Shown: in pieces, positions 17,946 to 27,973 of the stretch
Position numbering within the stretch: position 1 is the first letter of the stretch
How the letters are laid out: each line of letters begins with the position of its first letter
NCBI GenBank assembly: GCA_964540635.1
Contig: CAZINP010000004.1
Span: 55,306-119,305 of the forward strand
DNA length: 64,000 nucleotides
Direction of reading: 5' to 3'
From: an uncultured Gammaproteobacteria bacterium
GTDB lineage: Bacteria > Patescibacteriota > Patescibacteriia > Buchananbacterales > UBA6539
Position numbers and translations under genes: made by a program
Notes under the pieces: model-generated
Database searches by the model: none
The model's input: the letters and a program-made list of their open reading frames with translations, nothing else
What the model was told of the DNA's origin: nothing

Positions 17946-20585
17946 TTATTTATCCTGATGAACTTTTAGGGTTTCTTTAATTTTGGCTTGCGCCGCGGCC
18001 AGTCTGGCAATTGGTACTCTGAAAGGCGAGCAGGAAACATAGCTTAAGCCGATATTGTGGCAGAATTCAACCGAGGTCGGTTCACCGCCATGTTCGCCGC
18101 AAATGCCCAATTTGATGTCGGGTCTGATTGGCTTGGCTTTTTCAATGGAAATTTTCATTAATTGGCCAACGCCTTCTTGGTCAATGGCTTGGAACGGATC
18201 GCGTTTGTAGATTCCGGCATTGACGTAGTGTTCCAAAAATTTTCCGGCATCATCGCGCGAAAAGCCGCAAGTCATCTGGGTCAAGTCATTGGTGCCATAA
18301 GAGAAAAATTCAGCTTTGGCCGCAATTTGATCGGCGGTTAAAGCGGCGCGTGGCACTTCAATCATGGTGCCGACTGAATATTCAAAATCAACATTCTGTT
18401 CAGTCTTGACCAATTCAGCTACGGCATCAACAATTCCTTTTTGATCTTCAAATTCTTCCACCTTGCCGACCAGAGGAATCATGATTTCCGGCTTCACTTT
18501 TTTGCCGGCCTTAACCAATTCGGCCGCGGCTTCAAAAACGGCTCGTGATTGCATTTCCGAAATTTCCGGGAAAGTAATGCCCAAGCGGCAACCGCGATGG
18601 CCAAGCATCGGATTTAATTCATGTAATTCAACTACTTTATTTTTTAAGACTTCCTTGGTCACGCCCATGTCTTTGGCCAGCTCTTCAATTTCGGCTTCGC
18701 CTTGAGGCAAGAATTCGTGTAGTGGCGGGTCCAAATATCTGATGGTTACCGGTCTTTCGGCCATGGTTTCAAATAAAGCTTTGAAGTCGCCGCGTTGCAT
18801 CGGCAGGATTTTTTCCAAAGCCTTTTTGCGGCCCTCAACGGTTTCGGCTAAAATCATTTCGCGCACCGCCTTAATTCTTGATTCTTCAAAAAACATGTGT
18901 TCCGTGCGGCATAAACCAATACCTTCGGCGCCAAACTTAATTGCTTGTTCGGCATCGTGCGGTGTGTCAGCATTGGTTCTAACTTTCAGAGTTCTAATTG
19001 AATCAGCCCATTCCATAATCTTAGCAAAATTACCGGAGACTTCTGGTTCAATTAATTCAACTCCGCCCAAAAAGACTTCGCCGGTGCTGCCGTCTAAGGT
19101 GATAATATCTTCTTCGCGAATGGTTTGGCCTTTAACTTCAATTACTTTTTCTTTTTCAGAGATGGTTAATTCCGAGCAACCGACAACGCAGCATTTACCC
19201 ATGCCGCGACCAACTACGGCTGCATGAGAAGTCATACCGCCGCGCGCGGTTAAGATACCTTGAGAAGCGTGCATGCCCTCAATGTCTTCCGGGGAAGTTT
19301 CTAGGCGGCACAAAATCACTTTTTCACCGTCTTGGGCCATGGTTTTGGCTTTGTCGGCGGTAAAAACAACTTTACCAACGGCCGCGCCTGGTGAAGCGGG
19401 TAAGCCTTTGGTTAATAATTCTTTTTCTTTTTTTGATTTTGGATCAAGGCGTTTGTGCAAAAACTGATTTAAAGATTCGGGATCAACCTTAAGCAAAGCT
19501 TCTTCTTTGGAAATCATCCCTTCTTCAACCAATTCCACGGCCACTCTGACAGCGGCCATGGCAGTTCTTTTGCCGTTTCTGGTTTGGAGCATATAAAGTT
19601 TGCCCTTCTCAATCGTGAACTCCATATCTTGCATGTCTTTGTAGTGCTTTTCCAATTTACTTCTAATGTCTAAGAGTTGTTTGTAAATTTCTGGCATGGC
19701 TTCTTTCAGTTCATCCATATTGTTCGGTGTTCTGATGCCGGCGACCACATCTTCGCCTTGAGCGTTGATTAGGTATTCGCCATAAAAAGCATTTTCACCC
19801 GTGGAAGGATTTCTGGTAAAGCAAACACCGGTGGCTGAATCCAGTCCCATATTGCCAAAAACCATCGATTGGACATTAACGGCCGTGCCCAATAATCCGT
19901 GAATATTGTATAAGCGGCGATAAGCAACGGCGCGATTATTGTTCCAGGAACCAAAGACCGCATCAATAGCCATAAAGAGTTGTTCTTTGGTGTCGTTTGG
20001 GAAAAGTTTACCGGTTTCTTTTTTGATTAATTCTTTGTAGCCGGCAATTAATTCTTTCAAATCTTCAACTTGCAATTCCGTATCAAGCCTATAGCCTTTT
20101 TTCGTTTTTATCTCATGTAAAATTTCTTCAAAATGATGGTGTTCAACATTCATCACAACATTGCCAAACATTTGAATAAAGCGGCGATAAGAATCGTAAG
20201 CAAAGCGCGGGTTGTCGGTTTTTTCGGAGAGGCCTTCAACGGTTTCATCGTTTAAGCCTAAGTTTAAAATCGTATCCATCATGCCCGGCATGGAAAGGGC
20301 TGCGCCCGATCTGACCGAAACTAAAAGCGGGTCTTTTTTATCGCCTAATTTTTTACCCATTTTCTTCTCCAGCTCAACCAATTTTTCTTCAATTTGACTT
20401 ATAACTTCCGGAGAATTTTTTTTGCCTGTTTCATAATATTGAGCACAGGCCTCAGTTGAAATAATAAAACCAGGAGGCACCGGCAAGCCAAGAGTGGTCA
20501 TATCGGCCAAGTTAGCGCCCTTGCCGCCCAGAATTTCTTTCATGTCTTTGTTTCCTTCAGAAAAGGAGTAGACGAATTTTTTCAT
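17946..20585 (-). CDS. ppdK: Pyruvate, phosphate dikinase
   Basis: 879 aa. The phospho-His domain GGMTSHAAVVGRGMGKCCV and the PEP-utilizing C-terminal domain are present. Confidence 0.9.
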   Translation of the reverse strand: MKKFVYSFSEGNKDMKEILGGKGANLADMTTLGLPVPPGFIISTEACAQYYETGKKNSPEVISQIEEKLVELEKKMGKKLGDKKDPLLVSVRSGAALSMPGMMDTILNLGLNDETVEGLSEKTDNPRFAYDSYRRFIQMFGNVVMNVEHHHFEEILHEIKTKKGYRLDTELQVEDLKELIAGYKELIKKETGKLFPNDTKEQLFMAIDAVFGSWNNNRAVAYRRLYNIHGLLGTAVNVQSMVFGNMGLDSATGVCFTRNPSTGENAFYGEYLINAQGEDVVAGIRTPNNMDELKEAMPEIYKQLLDIRSKLEKHYKDMQDMEFTIEKGKLYMLQTRNGKRTAMAAVRVAVELVEEGMISKEEALLKVDPESLNQFLHKRLDPKSKKEKELLTKGLPASPGAAVGKVVFTADKAKTMAQDGEKVILCRLETSPEDIEGMHASQGILTARGGMTSHAAVVGRGMGKCCVVGCSELTISEKEKVIEVKGQTIREEDIITLDGSTGEVFLGGVELIEPEVSGNFAKIMEWADSIRTLKVRTNADTPHDAEQAIKFGAEGIGLCRTEHMFFEESRIKAVREMILAETVEGRKKALEKILPMQRGDFKALFETMAERPVTIRYLDPPLHEFLPQGEAEIEELAKDMGVTKEVLKNKVVELHELNPMLGHRGCRLGITFPEISEMQSRAVFEAAAELVKAGKKVKPEIMIPLVGKVEEFEDQKGIVDAVAELVKTEQNVDFEYSVGTMIEVPRAALTADQIAAKAEFFSYGTNDLTQMTCGFSRDDAGKFLEHYVNAGIYKRDPFQAIDQEGVGQLMKISIEKAKPIRPDIKLGICGEHGGEPTSVEFCHNIGLSYVSCSPFRVPIARLAAAQAKIKETLKVHQDK

Positions 20586-20713
20586 AATTTTTTAATTATC
20601 TATACTTATTTATTAGTATGCTTGGTAAAAATAAAAAAACCTTAAGGGTTATTTTTTTTCCACCTTTATTATAAATGAATAATTGATATAAAGCAAGGGT
20701 TTTTGGCTTATTT

Positions 20714-20742
20714 ATTGACATTTCAAAGAATTTTTGTTATGA
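20714..20742 (+). promoter_or_regulatory. Sigma70-like promoter TTGACA-17-TATGAT for typA
   Basis: Boxes are read directly. Confidence 0.5.
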
Positions 20743-20802
20743 TTGATAAATTATTAAAAGATTTTAATCTGCTACGAGCAGTTTTTTCATTTTTAGCCAA
20801 AT

Positions 20803-22593
20803 ATGGAAATAAGAAATATCGCCATTATTGCTCACGTTGACCACGGCAAGACCACCTTGACCGATGCTTTGATGTCTCAGACCGGAATGGTGGAAGCCGG
20901 CACAACCATGGACAGCAATGACTTGGAACTGGAGCGCGGCATTACAATATATTCAAAAAACACTTCAGTTTATTATCGAGATACCAAAATTAATATTGTG
21001 GACACGCCGGGTCATGCTGATTTCAGTTCGGAAGTTGAGCGAGTTTTGCGCTCAATTGATTCCGTGCTTTTGGTGGTTGATGCCCAAGAAGGTCCGATGC
21101 CTCAAACTAAATTTGTTTTGAAAAAATCTTTGCAATTGGGCTTGAAGCCGATCGTGGTGATAAATAAGATTGATAAACCGGCCGCTGATCCGGATTTGGT
21201 TCAAGAGCAAGTTTATGAATTATTTTTAGATTTGGGTGCCAGCGATGAGCAGCTGGATTTCACCACGGTTTATGCTATTGCCAGGCAGGGAATTGCCAAA
21301 ATGAATTTGGATGATAACAGCCAAGATCTAACGCCGCTGCTTGATGTGATTTTGGCTAAAGTGCCGATTGCTTCAGCGCCGGAAAAGAATGAATTGCCCG
21401 TTAGGTTTCAGCCGTTTAATTTGGCTTATGATAATTATCTTGGTCGTTTGGCTATCGGCAGAATTTATGAAGGCAAGCTTAAGTCCGGACCGGTTGTAGT
21501 TAAGAAGCCGGATAATTCTGTGCGCAACGGCACTATCACTAAGATTTTTTCTTTTCGTGGTTTAAAACGCGAAGAGGTTAAAGAGGCACTGGCCGGCGAT
21601 ATCGTTTTGATTGCCGGGTTGCCGGATATTTATATTGGCGAAACGGTTTGTGTGCAGCCTAATCAGGAGGCGTTGCCGGCAATTAACATTGACGAGCCAA
21701 CCATATCTTTAAGTTTTTTAGCCAACAATTCACCCTTTGCCGGTCGCGAAGGTAAGTTTGTTACCAGCCGTCAGATTAAAGAGCGTTTGGAAAGGGAATT
21801 GGAAGTCAATGTTGGTTTGAAAATTGATTTTTCGCCGGTTGATCACTATAAAGTTTTTGGTCGCGGTGAATTGCATATTGCCATTCTTTTAGAAAATATG
21901 CGCCGTGAAGGTTACGAGCTGCAAGTTTCACAGCCACAGGTAATTATTAAAGAAGAAAATGGTCAGAAGCTTGAGCCGTTTGAAGAAGTGACAATTGATA
22001 TTCCGGAAAATATGTCCGGCGTGGTAATGGAAAAAATGTCCAAACGCCGCGCGCAGGTTTTGGAAATGAAACCGGAGGCCGGACATTTGAGAATGATTTT
22101 TGAAGTTCCAACCAGAGGCATACTGGGTTATCGCAATGAGTTTATTATTGATACTCGCGGCGAGGGTGTGATGTATAGCCGGGTTGTCGGCTTTAAGCCG
22201 TATGCCGGCACAATAGAAAAAAATGAACTTGGCGCCATGGTCTCAGCTGCGACCGGCAAGGCTTTGGCATATTCTTTGGAAAACTTACAAGACAGGGGAG
22301 TTTTGTATATTGATGCCGGCGTGGAAGTTTACGAAGGCCAAGTTATCGGCAATGTGGCCAAGGGTAATGATTTGGACGTTAATCCAATTAAGGGCAAACA
22401 CCAGACCAATATGCGTTCGTCCGGCGCGGATGAAGCGATTAAATTAACTCCGCCTTTAAGAATTACCTTAGAGAGAGGTTTAGAAATAATGAATGATGAT
22501 GAATATCTGGAAATCACCCCGCAAAGTATCAGGTTAAGAAAGAAATTTTTATCTTCAATTGACAGAGTTAGGGAAAAAAGAAAAAACAGTTAA
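20803..22593 (+). CDS. typA: Translational GTPase TypA/BipA
   Basis: The G-domain AHVDHGKTTL and DTPGHADF are present, with full-length BipA architecture. Confidence 0.9.
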   Translation: MEIRNIAIIAHVDHGKTTLTDALMSQTGMVEAGTTMDSNDLELERGITIYSKNTSVYYRDTKINIVDTPGHADFSSEVERVLRSIDSVLLVVDAQEGPMPQTKFVLKKSLQLGLKPIVVINKIDKPAADPDLVQEQVYELFLDLGASDEQLDFTTVYAIARQGIAKMNLDDNSQDLTPLLDVILAKVPIASAPEKNELPVRFQPFNLAYDNYLGRLAIGRIYEGKLKSGPVVVKKPDNSVRNGTITKIFSFRGLKREEVKEALAGDIVLIAGLPDIYIGETVCVQPNQEALPAINIDEPTISLSFLANNSPFAGREGKFVTSRQIKERLERELEVNVGLKIDFSPVDHYKVFGRGELHIAILLENMRREGYELQVSQPQVIIKEENGQKLEPFEEVTIDIPENMSGVVMEKMSKRRAQVLEMKPEAGHLRMIFEVPTRGILGYRNEFIIDTRGEGVMYSRVVGFKPYAGTIEKNELGAMVSAATGKALAYSLENLQDRGVLYIDAGVEVYEGQVIGNVAKGNDLDVNPIKGKHQTNMRSSGADEAIKLTPPLRITLERGLEIMNDDEYLEITPQSIRLRKKFLSSIDRVREKRKNS

Positions 22594-22598
22594 GATAC

Positions 22599-22640
22599 AA
22601 AAAAACAACCTTGATTATTTCAAGGTTGTTTTTTATTTTT
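22599..22640. terminator. Bidirectional terminator
   Basis: AACAACCTTGattatttCAAGGTTGTT is flanked by A- and T-runs. Confidence 0.7.
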
Positions 22641-22642
22641 TA

Positions 22643-23377
22643 TTATATTTTGCCCAAGAGATTTTTGGTTTTTTGGGCCTGAGCGATGGTTTTAGTCTCG
22701 ATGATTAAAAGAAGCTTGTTGTTGTTGATTTTATTGATAATCTTTTCAAGCAAAGGCAAATCTTGTTTTTTTAGGGCAAGATGAAAATCCTTTTTGCCGT
22801 CATTTGAATGGATGTGCATTTGGATGATTTTATTTTTTGTTTGCGCCAAAAATCCGTCTAAATCAAAAATTTCTTTTCTTAATAAAGCCAATTTAAGATG
22901 GCCAAAATCAAGGCAAAGGTAAAGTCCGGGCATTTTTTTTAGCAATACAGTTAAGTAGTTGCCGCTGAAAGCGTTAGAAGAATTATTGTTCTCCAGGCAT
23001 AAATTCAAATTATATTTTTTTGCGGTTTTTAGCATTGATCTTATAGTTTTTATTTCAAAATTATCAAGCGGCGTTTTTTTATTGATGTGAAAAATAAAGT
23101 TTTTGCAGCTAAGCAAATATGCCAAGCGCAATTCTCCCTTCAATCTTTCAATTTCTGATTTGGCAATTAGCTTGTCCGGACAGAATAAATCTTGGCAGGC
23201 GGAGTGAAATGAGAATTTGACATCGGAAATTTTTTTCAAGGCCTTAATGTCTTTGTACCTGACGCAAGTCGTTTTATTGTATAGTTCTATATATTTATAA
23301 TCAAGACTAATAAAAGATTGGATCTTCTCCCAATATTCATTTTTTGTTTTTACAACAGTACTAATGCCAATTTTCAT
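22643..23377 (-). CDS. Xylose-isomerase-like TIM-barrel protein (sugar phosphate isomerase/epimerase family), AT-rich
   Basis: Motifs LCLEN, DFGH and MHIHSNDG are typical of the family. Composition is markedly more AT/Lys/Asn-rich than the neighbours. Confidence 0.45.
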   Translation of the reverse strand: MKIGISTVVKTKNEYWEKIQSFISLDYKYIELYNKTTCVRYKDIKALKKISDVKFSFHSACQDLFCPDKLIAKSEIERLKGELRLAYLLSCKNFIFHINKKTPLDNFEIKTIRSMLKTAKKYNLNLCLENNNSSNAFSGNYLTVLLKKMPGLYLCLDFGHLKLALLRKEIFDLDGFLAQTKNKIIQMHIHSNDGKKDFHLALKKQDLPLLEKIINKINNNKLLLIIETKTIAQAQKTKNLLGKI

Positions 23378-23467
23378 AATATTTTTTGATCGGTTGATAA
23401 ATCAAGTCTTTTAGTTTTTTATCATAATTAATTTACATAAGGGACGATTTAAAATCGTCCCTTAAAA

Positions 23468-25255
23468 CTATACTTGAATAATGACTGGTAAAACCATCGG
23501 TCGACGCTGAGTTTTTTGGTAGAGAAATTGGCCAATTTCATTTCTAATTCTGTCTTTAAAGTAATCTTCGTCAATGCCGCCCTTCAATTCGCCTTTAAAA
23601 ATTTTTCTGGTTTTTTGTCTGGTTTCTTCAATTAATTTTTTGCTTTCTTTCATGTGAACAAAACCGCGGGAAATCAAGTCGGGATTCTGGACCAATTTAC
23701 CCTCTTCTTTGTCCACGGTTACAATTACCACAATCATACCGTCAGCAGCCATCAGCTGTCTGTCTCTCAAAACAACATGAGAAACATCGCCCACGCCCAA
23801 GCCGTCAACAAAAACATAGCTGGTATTAACTTTTTGGTTGGTCACTCTGGCGCCCTGAGAATCAAATTCAATGATTTGGCCGTTGTCGGCAATCAAAATT
23901 TTGTCTTCTTTAAAGCCGACTGATTTGGCGACCTTTCCCGCTTCGCGCAAAAGATAGTGATTGGCATAGACCGGCATCAAATACGTAGGATTAACTTGCT
24001 TTAAGAGCAGTTTAATATCTTCAATTTTGCCGTGGCCGCCGGCGTGCACGTCCATAATTTCTTGATGAATTACGTCCGCCCCTTGACGATAGAGACTGTC
24101 TTTAAGGTTTTGAATGGTTCTTTCGTTTCCGGGAATAACCGAGGAGGAAAAAACGACCGTGTCGTTTTTTTCAATGCGAATAAAACGATGTTCGCCTGTA
24201 GCAATGCGATTTAGAACCGCTCGGCCTTCTCCTTGGGAGCCGGTACAAATAATCACGACTTTGTTTTTTGGTAAACTGTTGACTTTGTTAATATCAACAA
24301 TCGTATTTTTTTTAGCTTTTATGAATCCGAATTGGCGACCAATTTCAACGTTGGTTTTCATGGAAAAACCGTCAATGGCAATTTTTTTTCCTTGCTTTTC
24401 GGCGATCTGGATAACTTGTCCGACCCTTTCAACCATGGAGGCAAAGGTGCCAAAAATAACCCGGCCCGGGGCGTTATTGATGATGTTTTCCATATTCTTG
24501 TAAACTTCTTTTTCTGAACTTTGAAATCCCTCTTTGGTTGACCCTAAGCTTTCCATCATCAGAAGGGTTGGTTTTTTAAATTTGTTCCAGCGATTCAAAA
24601 AAGTAAAATCGGTCGGCTTGCCTTCAACCGGGTCCAAATCGTATCGCCAATCGCCCGGATGGATGATAATGCCGGTTGGTGTTTCAAGAACGATGCCGAT
24701 TGCGTCTTTGATGCTGTGGGAAACGGCAAAAAAATTGACTTTGAATTTACCCAAAAACATCGGATGGTTTAAATTCTTTACCTCCGAAATTTTTGGTGTA
24801 AACTTTTCGTGATAATTTTCAATTTGCCTTTTTACCAAAGCCACTGTCATCGGAGCGGCAACAACCAGGGGATTGCCAAGCTTTGGCAACAAATGAACGG
24901 CTGCGCCAATATGATCAAGATGGCCGTGGGTTAAAATTACAGCACGAATGTTTTTTTCTTTGCCCTTCAGGGATTGGATATTGGGAATAATATAGTCAAT
25001 TCCGTGCATGTCTTCTTCCGGAAATTGTGAGCCCATATCAATAATGACAATATCATTGCCATATTCAAAAACCGTCATGTTTCGGCCGACCTCTTCCAAG
25101 CCGCCGAGAGCATAGATTTTTAATTTTTCTTCTTTTTTTACTTTTACCAGCTTTTCTTTCTGGTTTTTTTGAGTGATTGGTTTTGGGGCTGGATCTTTTT
25201 TTGTCTTCAGCTTTAACCATTTCCGGTTTTGGCCGGATTTCTTTTGTTCAAACAT
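23468..25255 (-). CDS. rnj: Ribonuclease J
   Basis: The metallo-beta-lactamase motif LTHGHLDHIGA and the beta-CASP architecture are present. It has a Lys-rich N-terminal extension. Confidence 0.85.
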   Translation of the reverse strand: MFEQKKSGQNRKWLKLKTKKDPAPKPITQKNQKEKLVKVKKEEKLKIYALGGLEEVGRNMTVFEYGNDIVIIDMGSQFPEEDMHGIDYIIPNIQSLKGKEKNIRAVILTHGHLDHIGAAVHLLPKLGNPLVVAAPMTVALVKRQIENYHEKFTPKISEVKNLNHPMFLGKFKVNFFAVSHSIKDAIGIVLETPTGIIIHPGDWRYDLDPVEGKPTDFTFLNRWNKFKKPTLLMMESLGSTKEGFQSSEKEVYKNMENIINNAPGRVIFGTFASMVERVGQVIQIAEKQGKKIAIDGFSMKTNVEIGRQFGFIKAKKNTIVDINKVNSLPKNKVVIICTGSQGEGRAVLNRIATGEHRFIRIEKNDTVVFSSSVIPGNERTIQNLKDSLYRQGADVIHQEIMDVHAGGHGKIEDIKLLLKQVNPTYLMPVYANHYLLREAGKVAKSVGFKEDKILIADNGQIIEFDSQGARVTNQKVNTSYVFVDGLGVGDVSHVVLRDRQLMAADGMIVVIVTVDKEEGKLVQNPDLISRGFVHMKESKKLIEETRQKTRKIFKGELKGGIDEDYFKDRIRNEIGQFLYQKTQRRPMVLPVIIQV

Positions 25256-25395
25256 ATTTTTCGCAGGTTTTCCCTGCCATTCAAACGCGACTTGGTCGCG
25301 TTGAGAATTTAATTTTATTACTTAGAGAGAAAGTAGATTGTAGCTGCCAGAATGTACTTTTGGCATCTTCAGCCTATTTCCTCTTTTAGATATTT

Positions 25396-25482
25396 TGGTG
25401 CCGCGGGAGGGACTCGAACCCTCACTCCCTTGCGAGAACTAGCACCTGAAGCTAGCGTGTATGCCAATTTCACCACCGCGGC
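25396..25482 (-). tRNA. tRNA-Leu (anticodon CAG), with encoded CCA
   Basis: The cloverleaf was folded by hand. Acceptor is GCCGCGG/CCGCGGC, anticodon loop TTCAGGT, with a long variable arm, T-arm GAGGGTTCGAGTCCCTC, discriminator A and CCA. Confidence 0.85.
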
Positions 25483-25494
25483 TTGAAAAAGCCA

Positions 25495-27483
25495 TTACTT
25501 TATACTGCCTTGCCAGATTCTTTTTGTTTTTGTGTACCATTCAGAAAGATTGTTAAATCGATCGGCAGGCACGATAACCCTTTGAGTGTCAACGCCTTTT
25601 ATGTTTTTATTGATGACGTAAGTGTAAGTTGGATTATAAAGAAAGATGGCCGGCAGTTCGGTTGCCAGTAATTCCTGGAATTTGGTGTAGTATTCTTTTT
25701 GTTTTTCTGCATCATCGGTTTTTTTTGCATCTTCCAATAATTTATCCGCTTCGCGATTAGAAAGCATGGCCAGATTTAACCCCGGATCCTGAACCTGAGA
25801 CGAATGCCAAAATGGGCTTGGGTCGGGATCAGCCCCGACAATAATGCCGAAAAGCAAAACTTGATAATTTCTCGGTTTGATTATATCCCTGACAATTTTA
25901 CTGCTGTCAACAATTTCCAGTTCAACTTTAACACCGATTTCTCGCCATGACTTTTGAATAAGTTCGGCGGCCTTAACGTTTTCGGCCTGGTCAACGGTGA
26001 CCAAATTTATTTCCAATATCTGATCCTTTTTCTTTCTAAATATTTCTTGGGTGTTTTCTGCTTGACCCTCATCAATTAATTCTTCTTGGTTTTCGGAAAC
26101 AGCGGCTTCGGTGGTGGTGGCCGTTGAGGTAGCTTGATTTTCTGTTTCATTGGCCTTTTTGAATTCCAAATATTCTTCCCTGGTTATTTTTTTCCAGCCG
26201 CTTTCTTCAAGCAACTCGTTTGCTTCTTCCAAATTATAATTGATTTTTTTGTCTTCGGCTAAATCTATACCAATGGGTAAAATTGGCCCGTCAATTATTT
26301 TGCCCTCCAAATGAAGCGCTTCACTTAAGATATTTTGTTTGTCACTTGCCAAAGCCAAAGCCTTGCGAACATTTTTATCTTTAAGATCGGCGTTTTGTTT
26401 TTGATTAAAAAAGATGGCAGTGTATTGAGGCAAGTCAAACGAATAAAGTTTTAAGCTGCGATTGCCAAGCAAATCGGCTTTGTTTTTTTTGGGTAAAAAA
26501 CTAATACCTTCAACAGCGTGACTCTTAACTGCTTCAATGGCGGATTCAAAATCAGGGTAGAATTTAAAAGTTAATTTTTGCAAATAAGGCTTTTTGCCGT
26601 TATATTCGGGGTTTGGTACCAGTACATATGATTTAATATTGCCGAGCCTGTCTTTGCTTAAAGATTTAAATTTCCAGGGGCCGCTGCCGATTGGTTTTAA
26701 ATTGTATTCGGTTAAGTTGGCATTAACGGCCGGGATTTCCGCCCAAATGTGTTCGGGTAAAATGCCGGTCGTCATTAAGTCCAAAAAGCTGGGATAAACA
26801 TCGGGCAAGGTGAATTTAATTGTTTTATCGTCAACTTTTTGCACTTGAATTCCGCGCCAACTAACAAGCAGCGGGCTTTTAAAATCTTTATCCTGAACGC
26901 TTTGAAAGGTAAAAACCACGTCATCGGCCGTAAGCGGCTGACCGTCATGCCATTTTAAACCATCCTTTAAAGTAAAGGTGTAGATTTTTTTATCTTCACT
27001 CGCCTCCCAGCTGTCAGCCAAATCAGGCGTGAGCTGGAGGTCTTTATCATATTTAAGTAAACCGGAAAATACCAATCTGGAAATATCGGAATCAACATCG
27101 TTGGTTTGGGCTAAGAGGGGGTTTATATATTGCGGTGCGCCGACTAAGCCCTCAGTATATTCGCCGCCAACAACCGGAATGGGCAAAAAATTTCTGAAAT
27201 AGAAATTAATGATGATTACCAATAGAGAAATAAAAATTAAACCAATGGCCACCCTAAACTGCTTAAGCTGTTTGGCGTCTAAAACGCGTGGCAGGTATTT
27301 TAACTGTTTTGGGGTTGGGACTTTTTTTGAGTTTAGAGAGTAGACCAATTTTTTATCAAGGTCTTTTTGCATGAAAAAATCCGTGGTTTGGTTTGTTGCC
27401 AAGTCACTTTTGTGGTCAGTTTTTTTGATTTGATGTCGATTTTTGAGCTGACCCAATTTTAAGAAAAGGTTTGGTTTTGCCAC
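25495..27483 (-). CDS. ABC transporter substrate-binding protein, family 5 (oligopeptide OppA-like), membrane-anchored
   Basis: An N-terminal TM helix is present. SBP_bac_5-type motifs YTFTLKDGLKWHDGQPLTADDVVFTF are seen. Confidence 0.7.
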   Translation of the reverse strand: MAKPNLFLKLGQLKNRHQIKKTDHKSDLATNQTTDFFMQKDLDKKLVYSLNSKKVPTPKQLKYLPRVLDAKQLKQFRVAIGLIFISLLVIIINFYFRNFLPIPVVGGEYTEGLVGAPQYINPLLAQTNDVDSDISRLVFSGLLKYDKDLQLTPDLADSWEASEDKKIYTFTLKDGLKWHDGQPLTADDVVFTFQSVQDKDFKSPLLVSWRGIQVQKVDDKTIKFTLPDVYPSFLDLMTTGILPEHIWAEIPAVNANLTEYNLKPIGSGPWKFKSLSKDRLGNIKSYVLVPNPEYNGKKPYLQKLTFKFYPDFESAIEAVKSHAVEGISFLPKKNKADLLGNRSLKLYSFDLPQYTAIFFNQKQNADLKDKNVRKALALASDKQNILSEALHLEGKIIDGPILPIGIDLAEDKKINYNLEEANELLEESGWKKITREEYLEFKKANETENQATSTATTTEAAVSENQEELIDEGQAENTQEIFRKKKDQILEINLVTVDQAENVKAAELIQKSWREIGVKVELEIVDSSKIVRDIIKPRNYQVLLFGIIVGADPDPSPFWHSSQVQDPGLNLAMLSNREADKLLEDAKKTDDAEKQKEYYTKFQELLATELPAIFLYNPTYTYVINKNIKGVDTQRVIVPADRFNNLSEWYTKTKRIWQGSIK

Positions 27484-27508
27484 AACTATTTTTGTTTTAG
27501 TTTTTAGC

Positions 27509-27721
27509 CTAGAATACTACAACGGCAAGAGAGCTGGCTAAAAATATAACAGAGAAAATAATGGTTGCGATGAAAATGTTTTTTTCCAGTCCGCGCTTGG
27601 TTCTGTAAACATTGCCTTCTCCGCCAAAAGCTGAGCCAAGGCCAACACCACGGCTTTGGAGTAAAACCAAGACGATAAGAATAACAGCAGAAACGATTTG
27701 GATGATATTGTATATTTTCAT
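27509..27721 (-). CDS. secG: Preprotein translocase subunit SecG
   Basis: 70 aa with two TM helices and the motif LLQSRGVGLGSAFGG. Confidence 0.75.
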   Translation of the reverse strand: MKIYNIIQIVSAVILIVLVLLQSRGVGLGSAFGGEGNVYRTKRGLEKNIFIATIIFSVIFLASSLAVVVF

Positions 27722-27973
27722 AATGAGTATAGTTTATCAGAAAGTTGTAATATTGTCAACCCTAAGAAAAGATGGTTAGTCTCGCTTTTTGCCTTTTTGG
27801 TTAATCAATTTTTTGAGATTAAAGACGCCGCGACCGCTGACTTTCATTTTTTTCTTTTTCTTTTTATCTCTTTTTTGATATTTTTTTTCCAATTCATCGC
27901 CCAAGTGGTTTAGATTTGACATATTGGCCACTTTTTATTGTTCTTAATTTTATGATATAATATATATGTAATT

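Noticed and set aside
20628-20660. CCTTAAGG palindrome flanked by A- and T-runs upstream of typA
   Set aside because: It is only an 8-bp self-complementary site and is too short to be a convincing terminator hairpin.
27698-27913. 71-aa plus-strand ORF in the secG-dsbA spacer
   Set aside because: Its low-complexity Phe/Leu-rich translation is the antisense of a more plausible Lys-rich minus-strand ORF. No RBS is present.
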